Shown here: positions 25,286 to 32,624 of the stretch, piece after piece
Position numbering within the stretch: position 1 is the first letter of the stretch
Layout: each line of letters begins with the position of its first letter
From: a virus
Lineage: Duplodnaviria; Caudoviricetes
Strand: one strand, 5' to 3'
Length of the DNA: 32,624 bases
Virus record (IMG/VR): IMGVR_UViG_3300033692_000021
Span: 1-32,624 of that record
Program-made: the position numbers and the translations under genes
Notes under the pieces: generated by a model
What the model was told of the DNA's origin: nothing
The model's database searches: none
Seen by the model: the letters and a program-made list of their open reading frames with translations, nothing else

Positions 25286-27221
25286 CAGGTACAAGTATAT
25301 AGTCGATCTGAAGACCGACACCAGCAAATTCGAGAAGGGCACAAATAAGACAATGGGAATGCTCAAGAAGGTAGGTGGAGCTGCTGCTATTGCTTATGGT
25401 GCTAAAAAAGTATGGGACTTTGCAAAAGCTGCCTCTGAAGCTGCTGACGTTCAGTTAAAGGCGGAGGCCAAGCTGCTTACTGCTTTAAAAGGACGAGAGG
25501 ATGTCCAGCAAGCGTTGATTAAGCAGGCAGGTGAGCTACAGAAAAAAACATTGTACGGAGATGAGCAGACGATTGAAGCTGCTTCTTTGGTGGCTCCATT
25601 CGTCAAGCAGGAAGAGGCGTTAAAAAGGGTTATTCCATTGATTCAGGACTTCGCGTCAGCAAAGGGGATGGATTTAAAAAATGCTGCCGACCTTATTGGG
25701 AAGACACTTGGGAGTGAAACGAATGCCCTTAGCCGTTATGGACTTGAGGTTGAGGGGGCGGTAGGCAGCACTGAGCGACTTGACACACTTACCAGGTCTT
25801 TAACTGACGCCTTTGGAGGGCAAGCCGAAGCAGCTGCAAAAACCGGGCTTGGGCCTTGGCAGCAATTTCAAAACACAATGGGCGATGTAATGGAGTCGCT
25901 TGGCATGTTGTTTATTCCGCTACTTAACAAAATAGGTACTCTTTTGGCAAAGGTGTTCAATCCTGAGGTTATTGAAGATATGCGTCGTAAAGGGGTTGAG
26001 CTTGTGAATTGGTTTATTGATTTATACAACGAGTCAATGGTGTTTCGCGCCGCCGTTGAGTACATTAAGATGTCGTTTAACAACGTCTGGTTGACTGTAA
26101 AAGCTGTGTTTAAGCACATTTGGAATGTTCTAAAAACAACAGGAGAAGCCATAAAAAATCTGTTCACTTTTAATTTTTCCGAGTTAAAGAGAACTCTTGC
26201 AAACGGGTTTAGCGAGTCCTTGGGGATTGCTAAAGAACTTGGAGAAGGGGTTGCTGATAATTTTAAGACGGCAGTTGAAAACACGTTATCCAGGAAAAAA
26301 GTTGAATTTATACCCGTTGACGATGTAAAAAAACAGGCATCAACTGCTGGTGGAGAGGCTTCGGAGTCTTTTGCTCAGGCATTCACAGCTAAGCCTGTTC
26401 CTGTTCCTCCAATCGACTTGGAAAAATTAAGCTTTTCAGGAAATGCTGAACTGCCATCTCTTGAAGAGAACCTGTTCGACCCCGCCAGTGCACAGGGTAA
26501 CAAGAACCGACTCAGTGCCATGCTTGCCGAGCTTAATGGGGAGTTTTCAAAAGCCGGTGAGTTTGCAAAACTCTACGGTGACGAAATTACACTTTTCACT
26601 GATAAGCAGAATATACTTTCAGATAGTATCCAGACCCTTATTGACGAGGGTTACTCTGTGCAGGGCGAAGCTATTCAGGGGCTTATTAATATGCAGAATC
26701 AGCTGGCTGAAACCCAGGGAAAGAACATTGAACAGATGAAGTTAATGCAGGCATTCAGTACCGAGCTAGGAGATTCGTTGATGCAAACAGCATCTCAGGG
26801 GGCGGAAAGTTTTGCAGAGATGGGAAGCAATATCCTTAATACAATTCGCCAAGTAATTACCGGATACATTGCAAAAGGTGTTGCCGGAGCTGTATCAAAG
26901 GCTATTGGAGAATCAGTACTGCCGTTTCCTCTTAATATTATCGCTGCACCTACAGCAGCAGCTATGGCAACTACAGCATTTAACTCTCTGGTACCTCAAT
27001 TCGCTGACGGGGGTATGGTTTACGGCCCTACCATGGGGCTCATGGGTGAGTATCCTGGTGCAAGGAGTAACCCGGAGGTTATTGCTCCCCTGGATAAGTT
27101 GCGGGGGATCCTGAGAAATGACAGCAGCCCGCAAGGTGGTCAGGTAGAGTTTGAGATAAAAGGCGACCGACTGGTAGGCGTATTGAATAATCATAACCGA
27201 CGTACAAGCAGACAACGATAA
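25278..27221 (+). CDS. Tape measure protein
   Basis: 647 aa, Ala-rich helical; C-terminal FADGGMVYGPT..LMGEYPGA..NPEVIAPL motif. Confidence 0.88.
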   Translation: MGNRYKYIVDLKTDTSKFEKGTNKTMGMLKKVGGAAAIAYGAKKVWDFAKAASEAADVQLKAEAKLLTALKGREDVQQALIKQAGELQKKTLYGDEQTIEAASLVAPFVKQEEALKRVIPLIQDFASAKGMDLKNAADLIGKTLGSETNALSRYGLEVEGAVGSTERLDTLTRSLTDAFGGQAEAAAKTGLGPWQQFQNTMGDVMESLGMLFIPLLNKIGTLLAKVFNPEVIEDMRRKGVELVNWFIDLYNESMVFRAAVEYIKMSFNNVWLTVKAVFKHIWNVLKTTGEAIKNLFTFNFSELKRTLANGFSESLGIAKELGEGVADNFKTAVENTLSRKKVEFIPVDDVKKQASTAGGEASESFAQAFTAKPVPVPPIDLEKLSFSGNAELPSLEENLFDPASAQGNKNRLSAMLAELNGEFSKAGEFAKLYGDEITLFTDKQNILSDSIQTLIDEGYSVQGEAIQGLINMQNQLAETQGKNIEQMKLMQAFSTELGDSLMQTASQGAESFAEMGSNILNTIRQVITGYIAKGVAGAVSKAIGESVLPFPLNIIAAPTAAAMATTAFNSLVPQFADGGMVYGPTMGLMGEYPGARSNPEVIAPLDKLRGILRNDSSPQGGQVEFEIKGDRLVGVLNNHNRRTSRQR

Positions 27222-29443
27222 TGGCATACTACGGCATCAAATATAAAGCATACTTCTGGGATGAGGCAGACCATTCCCGTTATGAGATTCAGCTCAAGAA
27301 GCGGGATTATACGGGCGTGGTGTCTGAAGTAACTGCCGCAGCTGAGCCATACGTTAAGACGTTTCCCGGTGCCGATAAGTTTGCACCGGTAAAAGGTGCC
27401 GGGTGCGAGATACGTCTGTTTTCGGAAGAGGACAGGCAGTTTATCGACCTGTACACTGCCGATCATAAAGAGTGGCGGGTGGATGTATATAAGGATGGAG
27501 CCATTGACTTTATGGGCTACGTAGATCCGGAAACATACAACGAGCCATTTGACCTTGACAGCAACTACGATGTAACAATAAGCTGCAACAACGGCATCAA
27601 CGTTCTGGAGCGCGAGAATTATGTGGGCGAATGGGGTGAGAATTACAAGGGCCTTGCAACCATATATCAAGTGCTTTTAAAAGCTCTTGCAAAAATGGAG
27701 CTTCCTTTCCGCAATATCGTCTTTGCCTGCGACCTTCGTGTTAACCGAATGTGGACAGACCCGAATAAAATCATACTCCAATACCTAACCGTTAACCAGG
27801 ACAATTACATTGATGAGGATGATGTGGTAATGACCGCCCGCGAAGTTATTGAGAGCATACTGGCCCCCTTCACCCTCACCCTCTTGGTAGTTGGTCAGGA
27901 TGTCTGGATTGTTGATTATGAGTACCTGAAAAAAGGTACTATCAATATTCGCACTGCTGCGTATGGTGGCAGTGTATTCTCCACCTCACAGATCAACGTT
28001 GAGAAGGATATTGCGGGTATTGACCAGGTGAGTTCGAGTTTTCAGTTGGAGGGAGGAGTGAACTTCTATAAGTTGAAAAGAAACCGCCACGTTTTGGAGA
28101 TACTTGAGGAGATAGACTTTGATGACGATTCAAACTACACAGGAGGAGATGCCTCCAGTTATTCGAAGTATGGCACATGGGCTGATTATGATGTTGTCGG
28201 TGGGTTTTTGGGCGACTTTGGGCATGTGGGGTCTGATTTGTGGTTAATCAAATATCAAACATTCAGAGGGTTCGAGGTCAACACAAAAGAACAGTTGCCT
28301 AACTCTACCGATGCATACATGAAAGTAGCTCATCCGGGAGGGTATAAGGCAATAAAGGTAGTTGATAACGTGACAATAGCTCCGAATGAAGACGATGTGG
28401 ATTTTAATAATTACATCTTTATCAATAATCCATATAAAAAATTTGAGGACTATGTTTATCCGGACACATATTACTCGGGCGCGGACGCTGACCTCCCTTC
28501 CAGTTATGACATATTAAAGGAGGCGTTTAGATATGCAATGACCACACCTTTTTTATTCCCGTCAATCGAAACATTTATTCAAATATCTTTCATAGCGAGA
28601 ATGATGTCGGGAGGAGTTGGCTGGTCTGACGATGGCACGGTTCTATATTATCAACAGGCGGGAGCTAATGAATATAGTACGTTTAAGGGCTCAATCGGCA
28701 TCTACTTTAAAGACAATAATGGAAACATTGCTTTTTCGGTAACCGACAATGGAGCAGTTGACTCTCCTGAGTTGCAATACTCTTTAATTGCCGGGTCTCA
28801 TAAGACATACTACGTGATAGACGACATCAATGAGGCTGGGAACAAAGAGACAGTCTTGAATAAGGATATCGAAGTAAAGATGAATATTCCCGCTGATTTT
28901 GGCTCGATCTACAGGATGGAAGTGATCTGGTATAACGAATACTACAGAGTTAAAGATGGGGTTGAAATAGGTGATATAAAAGAAACAATACCTTATCTGG
29001 CAATCAAGGATGTAAACACCAATCTTACAGATATCCAGACGGGAGAAGAAAGAGACTTGAGTGATGAAGAGATGCAGTTCTTTCTATCTGATAAGTTTAA
29101 GAGTGAATCCATTACAGACGAGCTCACTACATACAGTGCCGACCCTCGCTACATCGCTGATGTGGCCGGAATAAATGTAGGTGCGGATTACATCGAATCA
29201 GCCTCAGCCAACGGCATTACTGTCCCAGATCTTGAGATGCTCAAAGGCGACAAGATGGTAAGGCAATACCAGGATAACCAGGTAGTGTTAACGATAAGTT
29301 TCCTGACCGATGACATCCCGTTGTATTCTCTCTTAACCAAAAGAGGTGATGCAAAATGGGGCAACAAGCAATGGATTATCACGGGCATGAGCCACAACGT
29401 AAAGGCCCGAACTATTGAGGTAACACTTGAAGAGATTAAGTGA
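27221..29443 (+). CDS. Tail tip / minor tail protein
   Basis: 740 aa directly after TMP; acidic, D/Y/N-rich. Confidence 0.7.
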   Translation: MAYYGIKYKAYFWDEADHSRYEIQLKKRDYTGVVSEVTAAAEPYVKTFPGADKFAPVKGAGCEIRLFSEEDRQFIDLYTADHKEWRVDVYKDGAIDFMGYVDPETYNEPFDLDSNYDVTISCNNGINVLERENYVGEWGENYKGLATIYQVLLKALAKMELPFRNIVFACDLRVNRMWTDPNKIILQYLTVNQDNYIDEDDVVMTAREVIESILAPFTLTLLVVGQDVWIVDYEYLKKGTINIRTAAYGGSVFSTSQINVEKDIAGIDQVSSSFQLEGGVNFYKLKRNRHVLEILEEIDFDDDSNYTGGDASSYSKYGTWADYDVVGGFLGDFGHVGSDLWLIKYQTFRGFEVNTKEQLPNSTDAYMKVAHPGGYKAIKVVDNVTIAPNEDDVDFNNYIFINNPYKKFEDYVYPDTYYSGADADLPSSYDILKEAFRYAMTTPFLFPSIETFIQISFIARMMSGGVGWSDDGTVLYYQQAGANEYSTFKGSIGIYFKDNNGNIAFSVTDNGAVDSPELQYSLIAGSHKTYYVIDDINEAGNKETVLNKDIEVKMNIPADFGSIYRMEVIWYNEYYRVKDGVEIGDIKETIPYLAIKDVNTNLTDIQTGEERDLSDEEMQFFLSDKFKSESITDELTTYSADPRYIADVAGINVGADYIESASANGITVPDLEMLKGDKMVRQYQDNQVVLTISFLTDDIPLYSLLTKRGDAKWGNKQWIITGMSHNVKARTIEVTLEEIK

Positions 29444-29772
29444 TGAATATAAAGAACATTGACACACCATACTGGCTCCGCAACAAGCGAGACACTGTAA
29501 GCCCCTCAGGTAAGAAGCTGAGAGGCTACGGCGGCCCGTCCCGCGCACTTGAGAAAGTGACCATTAGTGTGTCAGAGGCAATATACGACAGCGACGGCGA
29601 TGAGATACTGGACAGCAACGGCGAACCACTCATGGCCGAAGGTACAGAACAGCAATTCAGGCTCCTCACCGATGTCTTTTCAGTCCTCCAGGATAGCGAC
29701 ACTGATGAGATTGTTGACAGCGATGGGGAGCTGATACAGACTAAGAGTATTAACAGAACATTTTTGATATAA
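29440..29772 (+). CDS. Small tail-associated protein
   Basis: Repeated DSDGDEILDSNGE / DSDTDEIVDSDGE motifs. Confidence 0.6.
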   Translation: MMNIKNIDTPYWLRNKRDTVSPSGKKLRGYGGPSRALEKVTISVSEAIYDSDGDEILDSNGEPLMAEGTEQQFRLLTDVFSVLQDSDTDEIVDSDGELIQTKSINRTFLI

Positions 29773-29793
29773 AAACTTTAAAAATATAGTATT

Positions 29794-31533
29794 ATGGCTA
29801 AGACGTATGCGGATCCGGCGGTGTATAATGAGAGGGTTAATGTAAATGATTTAGATAGGTTGCTGTTGGCCAATAGTGACAATAATGCGACAGAATATGC
29901 AACAATAGGTAGTATATTGTCAAAGGCAGCAACTGCTAATGATATTGTGAAAATGCAAGCAGATTCGCATCATCTAACAGACCAATATAATTACAGCGCT
30001 GACGTTATTGAAGGTGCGTCAATATTATCCACAGGGGTCTTGGAATCGTATGCTGGTAGAGGATCGTTGTTTTTTCGTCTAAGCAAGGATGGGACAGCAG
30101 ATAAGATATACGGCTGCACTATTTTGACTTATCAATGGTATTCATCTGTTCTTGATCTCGATAGTGGAAGTGATAGTCTTGGAAGAACTACGTCAAATAA
30201 TCCTCCGGAGGGCGCGAAGTATTGTGGTTTGACAATTGATACAACCCTAGATTATTCTAATATTCTGATTCAGAAGACTGGGGAGTATAAATCGCGAGCT
30301 GATAATCATTTTTTATTAAATGAATATAATTACAGCGCTGACGTTGTTGAAGGTGCGTCAATACCCATAACAGGGGTCTTAGAATCGTATGCTGACCGAG
30401 GAGTTTTATTTTTTCGTTTGAGCAAGGATGGGACAGCAGATGAGATATCTGGCTGCACTATCTTAGCTTATCAATGGTATTCATCTGTCCTTGACCTTGG
30501 TAGTGGAAGTGATAGTCTTGGAAGAACTACCTCAAATAATCCTCCGGAGGGCGCGAAGTATTGTGGTTTGACAATTGATACAACTCTAGATTATTCTAAT
30601 ATTCTGATTCAGAAGACTGGGGAGATAGCGGATAATCTTTCAGTGTTAGGATCGACGTTGAACAACAGTGTTGGCGAGAATTGTTTTGCGAACAATCTCA
30701 GGACTGATTTGAAAATTCTTGGATTCGGCAACTCTTTCATGCGGAACTCTGTACATTACCTTAGTAAAATCGCCAGTTCTGGAATAACTGTTAATCTTAA
30801 AATTGGGAACCTGTACACCGGGGGTACGCAATTACATCAACATCTTGCAGCTCTTAATGATAAAACAACTCCTTATGTGTGGAACAAGTATGAAAATGGA
30901 GTTAATACTGAAACCCTCAACAATCAGACAGGAGAATACGGATTACTAAATGAAAGATGGGATGCAATCATACTACATCAGTACACGCCCTGGGATTATC
31001 CGTTCATGCCAACCTTGGGCTTGTTGATTGAAAAGATAATATCCATACTTGGGTATTGTCCTAAATTCTATTTAAACGCAACATGGGCTGGAAGTCTCGA
31101 CAATAACGTGACATATTATGGTTATGCTACGGAAATAGAAATGTGGGAAGCTGTAATGGACTACAATAAAGAAGCTTCTAGGAATAGTGGCGTTGTGAAT
31201 ATTATCCCAACTGGTACGGCGGTTCAGAATGCCCGAACATTATCTTTCGCAAATGACTATAATAGATTTGTGAATGCTCAGGGTGATTGGCATCACTTAA
31301 ATCCGGCAGGAGGGTTTATTGCTGCTTGTACAATATACGAGAAGATCGTTCGTCCATTGAATGGAGTTAGCTGTGACCAGACTTCTTTCCGTATACTTGC
31401 AGAAACAAGCTTAGCACCTTCAAGTATTATTGATTCTGGAATCTTAGTTACAGACACAAATTATCAAGTGTTGTGTAATTCAGCTATTGAGGCTGTGAAG
31501 AATCCAGCAGTCGTTACAACTATTACAGGGTAA
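29794..31533 (+). CDS. Putative receptor-binding/tail protein with duplicated domain and C-terminal SGNH (DUF4886-like) hydrolase
   Basis: KILGFGNSF...NLYTGG...WDAIILHQ...IIPTGTAVQNAR...DWHHLN; last phage gene. Confidence 0.75.
   Translation: MAKTYADPAVYNERVNVNDLDRLLLANSDNNATEYATIGSILSKAATANDIVKMQADSHHLTDQYNYSADVIEGASILSTGVLESYAGRGSLFFRLSKDGTADKIYGCTILTYQWYSSVLDLDSGSDSLGRTTSNNPPEGAKYCGLTIDTTLDYSNILIQKTGEYKSRADNHFLLNEYNYSADVVEGASIPITGVLESYADRGVLFFRLSKDGTADEISGCTILAYQWYSSVLDLGSGSDSLGRTTSNNPPEGAKYCGLTIDTTLDYSNILIQKTGEIADNLSVLGSTLNNSVGENCFANNLRTDLKILGFGNSFMRNSVHYLSKIASSGITVNLKIGNLYTGGTQLHQHLAALNDKTTPYVWNKYENGVNTETLNNQTGEYGLLNERWDAIILHQYTPWDYPFMPTLGLLIEKIISILGYCPKFYLNATWAGSLDNNVTYYGYATEIEMWEAVMDYNKEASRNSGVVNIIPTGTAVQNARTLSFANDYNRFVNAQGDWHHLNPAGGFIAACTIYEKIVRPLNGVSCDQTSFRILAETSLAPSSIIDSGILVTDTNYQVLCNSAIEAVKNPAVVTTITG
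29984..30624 (+). repeat. Two ~302-bp direct repeats (period 339 bp = 113 codons)
   Basis: 29984-30285 and 30323-30624 are highly similar. Confidence 0.95.
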
Positions 31534-31540
31534 GATTTTT

Positions 31541-31587
31541 TACACAATTCGATTTAAAAGTATGTGCGATTTGATTTGGGGATAATA
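31541..31587 (-). repeat. Right-end putative transposase-binding sites and terminus
   Basis: Tandem TACACAATTCGATTTA and TGTGCGATTTGATTTG, inverted relative to the left-end motifs. Confidence 0.65.
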
Positions 31588-32624
31588 AATGAGGATGGCA
31601 TTGGAGAAATGAGAAATTATATGATGGGGGGTAATGTACCTACTCGGGACTTGAAAATGATCAATAATTATTCTTATCAGCCTCCCGGAAGTATTGGTAA
31701 TGGTATGGTTATGGGGTATAATACGGATAGTGAATCTTGTGTTATAGAGGGGAATTATATTGCCAGAGGAAAGCGAGTTTTCAGTATTCAAAGGTTTAGT
31801 GAAGCAATAATACGTAATAACGTAATTATCGGAGAAGAAGATCAAGCTTTAACGTCATTGCTTTATCCAGATGAATTTCCTGTTAATGAATATGATTGGA
31901 ACCAAAATAAGTATTTTGGGGATACTCAGGTTTTCTTTAATGAAAACAGCAATGATAATTTGACTTTTTCAGAATGGAAGAATCAATTTGGTTATGATAC
32001 TAATAGTAGTTACCAGTCGGTTCGAGATTTGGAGAATCATGTCAAAGTAATTGCTAATGATTATGAATCGGGAAGAGCACATATTGTAGCCTATAACTGG
32101 AAAAACCTGGATTATATTTCAGTAGATTTGAGTGATATTCTTCCTGTAAACGAGGGATACCGTATTTATGATGTTGAAAATATTTTTGAGCCTATACTGC
32201 AGGGAACATATAAGGGAGGTTCTATTCAAATACCGATGCATCTCACCGAGATTATTCAACCTTCAGGAGATAATATTGACTTTTCAACGCCGCACACCGG
32301 CAAAGAATTTGGAGTTTTTCTGGTGAAAAGTGCAAAATCTGTTTCTTCTTCACCACTTCCGACAAATATTTCAGAAACAAATCATGAAGAGGAGGTAAAG
32401 GTGTATCCTAACCCTGTTCAGGATTTTTTAACCATCAGTTTCAATGCAACATCTTCAGAGAATGCAATGTTGTCTGTTTTCGACATGCAAGGGAGAAAAG
32501 TTTTTAATAAAGAATTGTCTGTATATATTGGAAATAACAACCTGGAGTTTGATCTTGTCCAATTAAAAAGTGGCTTTTATGTTGGCTTATTGGAACAAGG
32601 TTCTTCAAGACATACGTTTAAAAT
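31588..32624 (+). pseudogene. 3' portion of a host T9SS type A sorting domain protein, interrupted by the prophage; runs off the window
   Basis: Open frame NEDGIGEMRNYMMGG...; C-terminal VKVYPNPVQD...VFDMQGRKV...LKSGFY; in-frame stop at 31555-31557 inside the phage end; no signal peptide. Confidence 0.75.

Larger units (their letters stand above)
2..31587. mobile_element. Mu-like transposable prophage (Bacteroidota host, siphovirus-type tail), apparently complete
   Basis: Repressor/Ner, DDE transposase and MuB-like ATPase at left; Mu gp29/F/G/gp36-like head genes; tail genes at right; related inverted end motifs at 11-26/78-93 and 31541-31578; host-type gene resumes at ~31588. Exact terminal bases are inferred. 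Confidence 0.92.

Noticed and set aside
29984-30624. Near-identical repeat pair as DGR template/variable repeats
   Set aside because: Both copies are in frame in one ORF, differences are not restricted to adenines, and no reverse transcriptase is present
31540-31845. 101-aa minus-strand ORF
   Set aside because: Antisense to the host T9SS-domain frame and spans the phage junction

Overview
Almost the whole window (~2-31587) is an apparently complete Mu-like transposable prophage of a Bacteroidota host. Its non-contractile tail is inferred from a tube gene, a tape measure gene and no sheath. Gene order: repressor / Ner-Cro-like switch, DDE transposase, MuB-like ATPase, a string of small early genes, a late regulator and a KilA-N antirepressor; a leftward terminase-portal-gpF-gpG block divergent from a rightward Clp protease-capsid-lysis-tail block; then a terminal SGNH/DUF4886-type tail protein. 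The right end abuts the 3' part of a host gene with a T9SS C-terminal sorting domain, apparently interrupted by the insertion. The most unusual element is an integron-like array at 10047-11445. It has four payloads, each bounded by its own GTT...AAC inverted repeat, separated by three attC-like hairpins, and the phage encodes no integrase. One payload is gene-less and structured, and one ORF is a chimera that starts inside a hairpin loop and ends in the next payload. Also found: a textbook -1 frameshift signal fusing portal to gpF, an A9 shift in the tail chaperone, and a c4/CI-like alternative-pairing RNA switch upstream of the KilA-N gene. All family assignments come from motif recognition and synteny, not from database searches.
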